Part shown: positions 1 through 8,442 of the stretch, piece after piece
How the letters are laid out: every line of letters begins with the position of its first letter
Numbering within the stretch: the stretch's first letter is position 1
IMG/VR virus record: IMGVR_UViG_3300031851_003023
Reading direction: 5' to 3' (one strand)
Length of the DNA stretch: 64,000 nt
Origin: an uncultured virus (IMG/VR IMGVR_UViG_3300031851_003023)
Taxonomy: Duplodnaviria; Heunggongvirae; Uroviricota; Caudoviricetes
Position numbers and translations under genes: made by a program
The notes under the pieces: model-generated
Told to the model about the DNA's origin: nothing
The model's input: the letters and a program-made list of their open reading frames with translations, nothing else
Databases searched by the model: none

Positions 1-49
1 ATTTGGTGAAGCAATCCGTAGAGTATCAAACGAAGAAAGCGTTAGTAGT

Positions 50-838
50 TTATTTTCCTAACGCTGTTTCAATGTGTTTGATGTATTCGTCAATGCTGTG
101 ATCGCTAAATGAGTCTACCTTACCAGCTTTAAGTCCCATCCATAGTCCACGCAACTTGTCTTTGATTCGTTGCCATGAAGTTAAGTTACGGATATTGCCA
201 TAAGCGTTGATGTAGTGTTTAGTGCCGTGATGCTTGTAACCCATAAACGTTGGAGGAACACTAGTAACAATATCATTATTGTTCTTCCATCTATTATGCT
301 CGACACATATATTATCACAATAACCTTTCCAACCTACACGAGGCGAACCATAAGTGTATAATTGTACCGGATCATTTAATTCTATATTATGTTTACAACG
401 ACTGGCCATTATAGTTGCCATTGCCGCTCCTAAACTATGTCCACAAAACCAAAGTGTCTTGTTTAAGTTTGTTTTACGCAATACATCTTCTTCGACCATA
501 GGCCAAAGTTCATCAACTTCTGCTTTGAAACCTCTGTGTACTCGACTCATAGTTTCTGCAAGAACTGGTAAGGCTTTTAAATCTGCTTTGATATCATTAA
601 ACTCTGTAGGTTGTGTGCCTCTGCATGCAATTACTAAATCTGTTTTGTTCATAAAGCGATATGCTTGTGCTCCGTCTTTGTCATAAAACTCAATAGTTGT
701 GAAACCTAATTTTTTTACTTGCTTCTTAGCATCGTCTATGTTACAATACGCTATCTGTGAAAGTTTAGCGAATAACAATGACCGTTCTAAGAAACTTAAT
801 TTTTCAATACCTTTCATTGTGCCCTCCATTATGTACAT
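50..838 (-). CDS. Class 3 lipase (alpha/beta hydrolase)
   Basis: GHSLGAA nucleophile elbow, CRGT, YGSPRVG, D-IV-VPP and C-terminal DH motifs; true start probably MKGIEK after a GGAGGG SD. Confidence 0.9.
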   Translation of the reverse strand: MYIMEGTMKGIEKLSFLERSLLFAKLSQIAYCNIDDAKKQVKKLGFTTIEFYDKDGAQAYRFMNKTDLVIACRGTQPTEFNDIKADLKALPVLAETMSRVHRGFKAEVDELWPMVEEDVLRKTNLNKTLWFCGHSLGAAMATIMASRCKHNIELNDPVQLYTYGSPRVGWKGYCDNICVEHNRWKNNNDIVTSVPPTFMGYKHHGTKHYINAYGNIRNLTSWQRIKDKLRGLWMGLKAGKVDSFSDHSIDEYIKHIETALGK

Positions 839-885
839 TTATTTATTGTTATTGTAACTAAATACAAATATAGGAAAGTAAACCG

Positions 886-1146
886 ATGCGTAAAAAAACT
901 AGAAGTATTCTTGATGAACTTAATAATATTGGTAGGCCCAAGGATAACGACTTGCTGATCGAAGCATCTGCAAGCAATATCATTGAAAGTTCTATTAACT
1001 TATTGAATATGATAAACAGAACATACGATCAGGATCAAGCATCTGAATTAGAACGTAGATTTATAAACAGTATTAAGTCAGGCGATCCACGTAAGTTTAA
1101 AAGAAGTATACACAGAATTATTGAGAGCAAAAAGAATGACAAATAA
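886..1146 (+). CDS. Hypothetical phage protein
   Basis: ORF with AGGA SD, downstream of a CTAAATA late-type element. Confidence 0.65.
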   Translation: MRKKTRSILDELNNIGRPKDNDLLIEASASNIIESSINLLNMINRTYDQDQASELERRFINSIKSGDPRKFKRSIHRIIESKKNDK

Positions 1147-1918
1147 ATTATTTGAAGGCGGAAATATATTTCAAGGCACTGAGCCGTTTGATCATAAAAT
1201 TATTCCGGACATGATGAAGCAGATTAATAGTGTAACATCTAAAACAGGTGCTAAAGCATTACCAATAGGATCAGGTGCTTCACCAACTCCAGGTAAGATA
1301 AGCGGCGACTTAGATATGATTATTGATGCTGGAACATTGTTTAACTACTTTAAAGTTAAGACTCCAAAGGACGCAAGAATAGAACTAGAAAAAGTATTCC
1401 AACAAGCAGGGTACGATACTAAACGCTCGGGTACAAGTGTACATGTAAAAACTACAGCAGGTGGGTCAGCACAACAAGTTGACATTATGGTTGTAGACAA
1501 AGGCGAAACAGCACAGAAGTTTCACATACATGATATACCCAAAGGTTCACCATACAAAGGTGTACACAAACAAATTTTAATTGCAGATCTAGCAAAGAAC
1601 ACAATAACTAAAAATCATCCAGAAGGCTTCAAGTGGAGCGCATACAAAGGATTATTAGATCGTCGTGACGATGCAATGGTGTCAAGCAAACTTGATGACA
1701 TAGCAAAGATACTACTAGGTTCAAATGCTGTTGCCGCTGACTTAGGTTCTGTTGAAGCAATGGTTAAGGCAAGTCCTAAAGCAAAGGAACTTGTAGACAA
1801 ACAAGAAACAAGTGAGTTTCCAGATACTCCTTGGAAGAAATCAAAAGTAGCAACTGAGTCATTAGCAGACAAACAGTTGAATAGAATTGTAACATTAGCG
1901 AGTACACTGGTAAGATGA
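1136..1918 (+). CDS. Pol-beta-superfamily nucleotidyltransferase-like protein, putative virion-internal
   Basis: IGSG...SGDLDMIID and QVDIM catalytic-type motifs; N-terminus MTNKLFEGG (ATG at 1136 preferred over TTG at 1121). Confidence 0.65.
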   Translation: MTNKLFEGGNIFQGTEPFDHKIIPDMMKQINSVTSKTGAKALPIGSGASPTPGKISGDLDMIIDAGTLFNYFKVKTPKDARIELEKVFQQAGYDTKRSGTSVHVKTTAGGSAQQVDIMVVDKGETAQKFHIHDIPKGSPYKGVHKQILIADLAKNTITKNHPEGFKWSAYKGLLDRRDDAMVSSKLDDIAKILLGSNAVAADLGSVEAMVKASPKAKELVDKQETSEFPDTPWKKSKVATESLADKQLNRIVTLASTLVR

Positions 1919-3000
1919 GATTTACAGAATTCCGCATGCTGACAGAAGCAAAAGTAGGCCGTGAGTATCAACACTTAGAGGACCTAGTATTTGTTGACGG
2001 TAGTGCAGGAGCAAACAAAGCTGCAGATGTATTAGATAACTTAGGAAAAGATAGTTCCGATGTTGCTATCAAATGGGACGGCAACCCAACTATCTATTGG
2101 GGACGTGAAGACAACGGTGAGTTTGTTATGGTTGGTAAGAATGGCTGGGGAAGACAGCGTTCAACATCATCTAATGACCTTGCAAAGTTTATAAAGAACA
2201 GTGGCAAGGGCGAAGAGTGGCGTGAGAAGTTTGGTAATGACATGGCACAGATATTCGACATACTAAAAGGCTCAACACCTCCAAGTACAAATGAATATGT
2301 ATATGGAGACTTATTATATCATCCAGGAAATCCATACACAGTAACAGACGGCAAAATACAATTTACACCAAACAAAGTAACTTATACTGTTGACGTTAAC
2401 AGCGACATAGGCAAACGCATAGCACAGTCTAAGGTGGGCGTTACGGTACACACAAGATATAAGGACTTTGGAGATAAACAAGGACAGCCTGTAAATCAAA
2501 CAGGTGAGTTAAACAGCAAAGATGTTGTAGTGCTAGGACAAACATATGTAACGCATCAGCCAACAGTAAAATCAGGCGAAGTAGACAGCATACGTAAACT
2601 AGTACAGAAAAATGGACAACTGATTGATTCTTTCCTTGCTCCAGTTAAAGGGCTAAGTGATATGAAGAACATAATTTATACCTATGTTAATCATATGACA
2701 CGTACAAAACAATTAGAAAACATTGAAAAAGGTTTCTTTAATTGGTTACGTACTAGCAAGGTGAGTACTAACAAACAGGCAAAGATACAGGCAATGCATG
2801 AAGAGTCGCCGCAGGCACTTCCAGCTATATTTGGTTTAGTTAAACAAATCATGTTAGCCAAAGACGATATAATTACGCAACTAGATCAATCTGATGCAGA
2901 CATAAAAGCATCAACCGGTGATGAACAAGGCGGCGAAGGCTATGTTGCACAAAAATCAAAAATTAAATTGGTTCCAAGATCTAGATGGCAGCCAAACTAA
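1915..3000 (+). CDS. Protein with ligase/capping-enzyme-like KxDG motif, putative virion-internal
   Basis: AIKWDGNP (motif I), YGDLLY, GGEGYV, KIKLV resemble covalent nucleotidyltransferase motifs; leader MRFTEFRMLTEA. Confidence 0.55.
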   Translation: MRFTEFRMLTEAKVGREYQHLEDLVFVDGSAGANKAADVLDNLGKDSSDVAIKWDGNPTIYWGREDNGEFVMVGKNGWGRQRSTSSNDLAKFIKNSGKGEEWREKFGNDMAQIFDILKGSTPPSTNEYVYGDLLYHPGNPYTVTDGKIQFTPNKVTYTVDVNSDIGKRIAQSKVGVTVHTRYKDFGDKQGQPVNQTGELNSKDVVVLGQTYVTHQPTVKSGEVDSIRKLVQKNGQLIDSFLAPVKGLSDMKNIIYTYVNHMTRTKQLENIEKGFFNWLRTSKVSTNKQAKIQAMHEESPQALPAIFGLVKQIMLAKDDIITQLDQSDADIKASTGDEQGGEGYVAQKSKIKLVPRSRWQPN

Positions 3001-3015
3001 AAGGAAACTAATAAA

Positions 3016-3375
3016 ATGAAAATGACAGACATAGTAGAAGGTACAATTGATGACCTTAAACTTCGTGGACATGGTTCAGAGCTAGACAGAGATGATGACG
3101 ATAGTGTTGCCGTTAAACTAAAAGGCGAACCAATGCAAGTACAACTTATGAGAATTGAAGACTCAGTAGAAGATGACGACATTAAAAACCCAGTAAGAAG
3201 TGTTGTAACTTCTGACAACAAAAAGGTTAGAGTTGAGCATCATGAAGCGGTAGCAATACTTAAGGCACTTAAAAGCCCAACTGGCAAGCCTGAGCAAAAA
3301 CTACAACTTCAAAAGAAAATTCAAGACTCAGAAGGACTAGTACACATTCTTAATATATTACGTAAGAAAAAGTAA
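3016..3375 (+). CDS. Hypothetical protein with head-targeting-like leader
   Basis: AAGGA SD; N-terminus MKMTDIVEG. Confidence 0.6.
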   Translation: MKMTDIVEGTIDDLKLRGHGSELDRDDDDSVAVKLKGEPMQVQLMRIEDSVEDDDIKNPVRSVVTSDNKKVRVEHHEAVAILKALKSPTGKPEQKLQLQKKIQDSEGLVHILNILRKKK

Positions 3376-3746
3376 TGGACTTTATTCGAGCATTAGAAAA
3401 CGATCAAGATATATCTCCGGACAAAGAGTCTGTAGAGTTACTTGAGAAGTTGGATGAACTACAGTTGGTATTCAACGATCTAGAAGAATTAGATGAAGGA
3501 GCATTTGACCGCATTGAACAACGTGTTGAAGCTAGAGATTTACTTCTTTATAGAATGATTGTAGGACAGAGTAATATGATGCTCACAAAGAAGTTTTTAG
3601 AATTAGCACTTAACGGCAAGTCAGTACCAGGTTCAATGGTCAAAGGGTACTTGCCAGCACTTAAAATGCTTGATGATATAGTAACAGCAGGTCCTGGATA
3701 CGTCCAAATGCTACGTTTACTACATCAGAGAGCCAAAAAAGGCTAA
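3375..3746 (+). CDS. Hypothetical protein
   Basis: TAATG coupling to upstream ORF. Confidence 0.6.
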   Translation: MDFIRALENDQDISPDKESVELLEKLDELQLVFNDLEELDEGAFDRIEQRVEARDLLLYRMIVGQSNMMLTKKFLELALNGKSVPGSMVKGYLPALKMLDDIVTAGPGYVQMLRLLHQRAKKG

Positions 3747-3868
3747 TAATCACCCTTTTTTTGTAAATAGACTAAATAATAATAAGCACTTCGTAAAGAG
3801 CTTACGATTAGTGTCATTAGAGCCGAAGAGGTAAAACTCTTCAATTTTATATAAACAGGAGAAATAAA

Positions 3869-4243
3869 ATGGCAACACAAGCAAAAGTAAATGGTTTAAC
3901 AACCGCAGGTAGTTTTTATGGATATGATCCAATCATCCTTAAGATTACAGGAACAAACGTAGCAACAGCAGATACAGCGTCAGCAGACGGTGTAGCAGCT
4001 TTCACAAAAGGCAACCTTGCAAAAGCGATTGAAGCAATTCAAACACAAATGAGCGTTGTACACGTTGGCGAAAGAGCTGACAACCTAGTATGTGTAATGA
4101 TTGACTCAGCAACAGCAAACGCATATGTTTCAGCTAACACTGACTCAGACGTAGCAGCAGCTGTTAAAGCATTAGTAGATACAGCAACAGGTGTAACATC
4201 AACTGTAGCAGCTATCACACTAGCAGCAGGCGACTTAGCATAA
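3869..4243 (+). CDS. Ala/Thr-rich putative virion structural protein
   Basis: Strong AGGAG SD, biased codon use (GCA/ACA/GTA), late element at ~3772, own terminator; N-terminus similar to 16890..17282. Confidence 0.6.
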   Translation: MATQAKVNGLTTAGSFYGYDPIILKITGTNVATADTASADGVAAFTKGNLAKAIEAIQTQMSVVHVGERADNLVCVMIDSATANAYVSANTDSDVAAAVKALVDTATGVTSTVAAITLAAGDLA

Positions 4244-4292
4244 TTCCTAGCTACCTTTAGGAACCGTGATGTTATAAAGGCGTCACATCAAA

Positions 4293-4321
4293 AGGCTCAC
4301 TTTTTAAGTGGGCCTTTTTTT
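4293..4321 (+). terminator. Rho-independent terminator
   Basis: AGGCTCAC-loop-GTGGGCCT followed by T-run. Confidence 0.8.
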
Positions 4322-4720
4322 ATGGCTATAAGTAATAGTATGAGATACCAATTACAAACACTTGTTGATATTACTCCTACAAACGCACGTAGGACGGAAG
4401 ATAGATACAAGTATAAACAGCATCAAAACTACATGACTATGTTACAAACTCTTGGGCTAAGGAGTAATCCTAGTAATATTGTTGTTACAAATAAAAAAGA
4501 AGATGCTAAAATATTTGGAAAAGAATATACTGGCAAACAAACAATATGGACTGTAGAATTTGAGATAGAACGCGAAGGAGGCATTGATTTAGAGCTCTTA
4601 AAAGCCGACTATGATGTAGTACCTTTTATAACAGAACTTGACGAAACTGTTGAATTCAAAAAAAGTGTATTTCAGTCTAATAATACCAAGTATAAGAATA
4701 TAGTTTTCTCAAAACTATGA
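4322..4720 (+). CDS. Hypothetical phage protein
   Basis: ORF; start may be ATG 4339-region MRYQLQ codon. Confidence 0.6.
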   Translation: MAISNSMRYQLQTLVDITPTNARRTEDRYKYKQHQNYMTMLQTLGLRSNPSNIVVTNKKEDAKIFGKEYTGKQTIWTVEFEIEREGGIDLELLKADYDVVPFITELDETVEFKKSVFQSNNTKYKNIVFSKL

Positions 4721-4819
4721 TAAATAAAAGTATACAAGGCACTGAAGGCAATCTTTAAATAAGGCGAACTACGAGTTTACTTAACAAGTCTCAACTCAAG
4801 AGACAATGGAGAAATAAAG

Positions 4820-5056
4820 ATGGCCACAGCCACTAACTTAGAAAAAGAAAATTTAGAAGCACATGTTGATTTATGTCAAGAAAGATATGAACAACTAGAA
4901 GGCCGCCTTACTAAAATAGAAGAAAAAGTCGAACACATACATAGAGATATCACAGAAGGTCAGAAGTCAATGACTAAAGTGCTTATCGGAACAGCTGGCA
5001 CAATCGTTGCTGGCTTACTTTCAACAATAATCGTTATACTATTAAACGTTAATTAA
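4820..5056 (+). CDS. Small coiled-coil protein with C-terminal TM helix (XhlA/holin-like architecture)
   Basis: Heptad-rich N-terminus and hydrophobic VLIGTAGTIVAGLLSTIIVILL; GGAG SD. Confidence 0.6.
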   Translation: MATATNLEKENLEAHVDLCQERYEQLEGRLTKIEEKVEHIHRDITEGQKSMTKVLIGTAGTIVAGLLSTIIVILLNVN

Positions 5057-5072
5057 TCAACTAAATAACTAT

Positions 5073-5378
5073 ATGTTATTAAGAGAGATTACCTTACCAC
5101 TTGAGGATTTAGACGAAGCTAAGATGGCTTGGGCCAAACGTGGCAACAAAGTCGTGCGCAAGTTTAGATGTGCAGGCGGAAGAAGGCATGGACGTATTGT
5201 TTCTAATATTGCACAGTGCTTTGCAAAGCCTGACATGAAGAAACGTTTGAAACTTAAAGTTACAAAAGCAAGGCTTGGTGCTAAGATGACACGTAAAGCA
5301 CGTAAGACTAAAAGAGTTAATCCAGCAAGTCGTAGAGTAGCAGCTCTTAATAAAGCAGCAAAGCCAAAGAGATTATAA
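5073..5378 (+). CDS. Highly basic protein, paralog 1 (putative DNA-condensing internal protein)
   Basis: K/R-rich; RKFRC..G.R.GRIV....QC and KRVNPASRR shared with next ORF; acidic leader ending LDEA. Confidence 0.7.
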   Translation: MLLREITLPLEDLDEAKMAWAKRGNKVVRKFRCAGGRRHGRIVSNIAQCFAKPDMKKRLKLKVTKARLGAKMTRKARKTKRVNPASRRVAALNKAAKPKRL

Positions 5379-5701
5379 TGTACTTGAAAGAGTTGATAGT
5401 TGAAAGTGTACAAGAAGGTGCTACATCCATTTATGGACGTAAAGGCGGCCAGAGTGTACGTAAATATAGATGTTCAAGCGGTCCACGTAAAGGACGTATT
5501 GTTGCTAAGATGGCAACGTGTACAGCACCAAAGAATGTTAAGAAGGCAACTACACTTAAAAAAGTAAAAAGAGCAGGCACTAAGCGCCAAGCTGTTAAAA
5601 CAGCAAGAACTAAACGAGCAAATCCTGCTTCACGTAGGTTACCTAAGGTAAACATAAGCATGAGGACTAACCGTAAAAAGTCTAAGGCAAAAAGGATATA
5701 A
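5378..5701 (+). CDS. Highly basic protein, paralog 2
   Basis: RKYRC..G.R.GRIV....TC and KRANPASRR; leader MYLKELIVES. Confidence 0.7.
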   Translation: MYLKELIVESVQEGATSIYGRKGGQSVRKYRCSSGPRKGRIVAKMATCTAPKNVKKATTLKKVKRAGTKRQAVKTARTKRANPASRRLPKVNISMRTNRKKSKAKRI

Positions 5702-5702
5702 T

Positions 5703-5960
5703 ATGAAAATTAATGAAATAACAGAAATGCAAGGAATGAAACCTTCTATTATAAAAAACCTTAAGCCAGGACAGTCGGCAGAAGTTGATCACGGTGACGG
5801 CACCAAAACAATGATCGATTTGAAAAAGAATCCTAATGCATTACAAAAAGATCCAAAGACCAAAAAGGTCACAATGACAAAGAAACAACAACCTGGGCAA
5901 AAAGCCAATCCAGCTACACAAGCAAAACGTGGCGATAAAGTTGTTGTTGCACCACAATGA
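5703..5960 (+). CDS. Hypothetical basic protein with MKINEITE leader
   Basis: AAGGA SD, operon packing. Confidence 0.6.
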   Translation: MKINEITEMQGMKPSIIKNLKPGQSAEVDHGDGTKTMIDLKKNPNALQKDPKTKKVTMTKKQQPGQKANPATQAKRGDKVVVAPQ

Positions 5961-6169
5961 AACTGAACGAGTTAATAACGAGCTTTACAATAGCTCTATC
6001 AAATGAGGAAGCAGAGGTACTAGAAAAGGTAAAACCTGTGCAACCCCTACAAGGCTTTTCTCCTAGAGAACAAGTCATAATTGAGAACTTGATACGGAAG
6101 AGTCTTGTAAGTAAAGTACTACGAGACAACATAGTAATGGTGGTGCAGAATGATTTCGGACTTAGCTAG
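5957..6169 (+). CDS. Hypothetical protein
   Basis: ATGA overlap; leader MKLNELI. Confidence 0.6.
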   Translation: MKLNELITSFTIALSNEEAEVLEKVKPVQPLQGFSPREQVIIENLIRKSLVSKVLRDNIVMVVQNDFGLS

Positions 6170-6578
6170 TCAACTTGAAAATTTAATTAACAACAAGTTA
6201 AAAGAATACCCGCTACCGGTAGTGAAAGGTAATTCTATACGTATCAAGAACTATGTAGTTAGATACAGTAAAAAAGTAGGTTACTGGTTGGTTTATGATG
6301 TAAAAGAAAACATTCAAGTAGGAAAGTTTTTTGCAAAGACAAGTGCTATTGCATTTGCTAAAGTAAACGCAAATGATCAAACAGGCACACTAGTTAGAAC
6401 TGTTGAACAGTTAGATGATATATTAAGTAAGCACTATCAAGATTGTATATTTTACAATCATGGTATGAAAAGAACAAAGGACGAGTCTAAATACGAAGTA
6501 TTAGAAACTAGATTCGATATAAGTTACTCATTAGCACGGGACGCCAAGAATCAACTGGACGAACTAATCCTGTGTTAA
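6150..6578 (+). CDS. Hypothetical protein
   Basis: Overlapping start, operon packing. Confidence 0.6.
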   Translation: MISDLASQLENLINNKLKEYPLPVVKGNSIRIKNYVVRYSKKVGYWLVYDVKENIQVGKFFAKTSAIAFAKVNANDQTGTLVRTVEQLDDILSKHYQDCIFYNHGMKRTKDESKYEVLETRFDISYSLARDAKNQLDELILC

Positions 6579-6623
6579 ATGATAAATAAATATACAAAGA
6601 ACAACATTTAGGAAAGTTGAACA

Positions 6624-7373
6624 ATGAATATAAGAGAAATTTCAAAACCAGTTACAGCAAAGAGCTTGAACGAAAGCCTTGCTAAGAAGTTTGGACAGCG
6701 TCTAAACTTAGAAGAGTTTACACTTGGACAGTTACAAGATGCCCAAAACAAACTGAGAACAACACTTAGTCAAGTTGAAACTAAAGAAAGTTTTAATTCA
6801 ACTCAAAACCCAGCATATCAAAAGTCAAAACTTTTCCTAGATGTACTAAATGCTGAAGTTGCTGAAAGAGCTGATATTGACGAAACAGTGCTTGAATCAA
6901 CTATTACTGAAGGTGAAGAAGATAAAGCTGAATTAGTAATGGCAGCCAAAGACATGGTAGACAGAGTTACTGGTTGGATGGAAGACACAGCTGAAATGCA
7001 AACTGAATCAATGCTTGAACTAGCAGATGCTATTAGAGACGAGATGGGTAGTGAGCAAGCTGAGTCATTTACTAATACTATTAAGCCTGCATTAGAGCAA
7101 CTATATGCTGAAATGGAAGGCACAAGAGCAGCACTAACAAGTGGTGTTGGCATGTTAACTGGCGAAGGCGGCATGGAAGAGCCAATGGGCGATGACGACA
7201 TGGGCGACTTAGGCGATATGGAACCAACAGACGATATGGATCCTGAAGCACCAGTAGACGACATGGACATGGGCGATGAATTTGGTGCAGACGATGCAGC
7301 GGCAGGCGGCGAAGAAGAAGCCGGACGTGAAAAGCGTGAGTCAGTAGAGCGTTCAAAAAAAAAGCTAAAGTAG
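6624..7373 (+). CDS. Acidic helical protein (prohead core/scaffold-like), ends in slippery A9G run
   Basis: D/E/M-rich low-complexity C-terminal region; GATAAATA late element at 6581. Confidence 0.6.
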   Translation: MNIREISKPVTAKSLNESLAKKFGQRLNLEEFTLGQLQDAQNKLRTTLSQVETKESFNSTQNPAYQKSKLFLDVLNAEVAERADIDETVLESTITEGEEDKAELVMAAKDMVDRVTGWMEDTAEMQTESMLELADAIRDEMGSEQAESFTNTIKPALEQLYAEMEGTRAALTSGVGMLTGEGGMEEPMGDDDMGDLGDMEPTDDMDPEAPVDDMDMGDEFGADDAAAGGEEEAGREKRESVERSKKKLK

Positions 7374-7675
7374 CCGAAGCATTAGACGATTCTGGTACGC
7401 TAGTACAAATAATCAAAACAATTAAACCTGGAACCACTATCACGTGGGATACGCTCAACGGCTATATGAAAAAAGCAGGCGTTCCACAGTTTGATTACAA
7501 TACATTTAAAGCAACATACGATCAAAACGCACAACTCCAAAAGCTAGTTAAGTTTGACCCACAAGGGGTAACTATTAATGATAGCTCAATGGATCAAGTA
7601 GGTGGCACCGAGCCTAGCAATGCTGACACAGTTGGCGACATGGCAAAAAGAGCAACTGACCTAAGCGACTTATAG
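7364..7675 (+). CDS. Putative -1 frameshift extension of the 6624 ORF (includes ORF 7466..7675)
   Basis: Frame open from 7340 to 7675; A AAA AAG heptamer at 7358-7364; no SD before ATG 7466. Confidence 0.55.
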   Translation, partial: AKVAEALDDSGTLVQIIKTIKPGTTITWDTLNGYMKKAGVPQFDYNTFKATYDQNAQLQKLVKFDPQGVTINDSSMDQVGGTEPSNADTVGDMAKRATDLSDL

Positions 7676-7676
7676 G

Positions 7677-7705
7677 TTGACTTTCCACAGTTATTGTAGT
7701 ACAAT
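7677..7705 (+). promoter_or_regulatory. sigma70-type promoter
   Basis: TTGACT-N17-TACAAT. Confidence 0.7.
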
Positions 7706-7729
7706 ACACTAAAGGAACCTATATATTAT

Positions 7730-8410
7730 ATGTCACTAATCATCGAAAAATACAAATACGAAAGACTCAAGCGAGTTGAAGTCAACGGTAAACGTAAGTA
7801 TGCCGCACCAGGTGGTGTACCTGTAGCAAGTGTAACAACTATACTTGACGCTACAAAAGATAAGTCGCACTTGATTGCATGGCGTAAGCGTGTAGGCGAA
7901 AAGAAAGCACAAGAGATTGTAACTGAAGCTGCAGGCGTGGGTACACGTATGCACAAATACTTAGAAGATTATATTGAGTTTGGCGAATGGCCTACTTGCG
8001 GAAGCAATCCATATGCACAGAAAGCACATGCTATGGCAAGCGTTATACGTGACGAAGCAATGGGCGATGTAGATGAGATATGGGGTAGCGAAGTACCGCT
8101 TTATGTTCCAGGAATCTATGCAGGTACAACTGACTTAGTAGGACAATATAAAGGTCAGCCTTGTATAATGGACTTCAAACAAACTAACAAACCTAAGAAG
8201 CCTGAGTGGGTATATGATTACTATCTACAACTTACAGCCTATGCACTAGGACACAACGAAGTACACGGCACAGACATACGCGAAGGACATATCTTTATGT
8301 GTTCACGTGATCTAGAATATCAACAGTTTGATATATGGCCAGATGAGTTTGACGATTGGGCTCAAGAGTGGTGGAAGCGTTGCGAAATGTATTATGAGAA
8401 ACAAGCATAA
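7730..8410 (+). CDS. PD-(D/E)XK exonuclease
   Basis: SVTTIL, GTRMHKYLE, YAGTTDLV, IMDFKQ, YYLQLTAYA motifs. Confidence 0.85.
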   Translation: MSLIIEKYKYERLKRVEVNGKRKYAAPGGVPVASVTTILDATKDKSHLIAWRKRVGEKKAQEIVTEAAGVGTRMHKYLEDYIEFGEWPTCGSNPYAQKAHAMASVIRDEAMGDVDEIWGSEVPLYVPGIYAGTTDLVGQYKGQPCIMDFKQTNKPKKPEWVYDYYLQLTAYALGHNEVHGTDIREGHIFMCSRDLEYQQFDIWPDEFDDWAQEWWKRCEMYYEKQA

Positions 8411-8442
8411 ATACATTATAGAAAGTAACTTAGGAGAGCATA

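Noticed and set aside
6818..7458. Long antisense ORFs here and elsewhere (e.g. 20233..20649, 27310..27756, 30634..31080, 51572..52069)
   Set aside because: Ser/Leu-rich mirror translations of well-supported + strand genes, lacking SDs or motifs
7730..8410. Cas4 as part of a CRISPR system
   Set aside because: No Fe-S cysteine cluster, array or other cas genes; ordinary phage exonuclease
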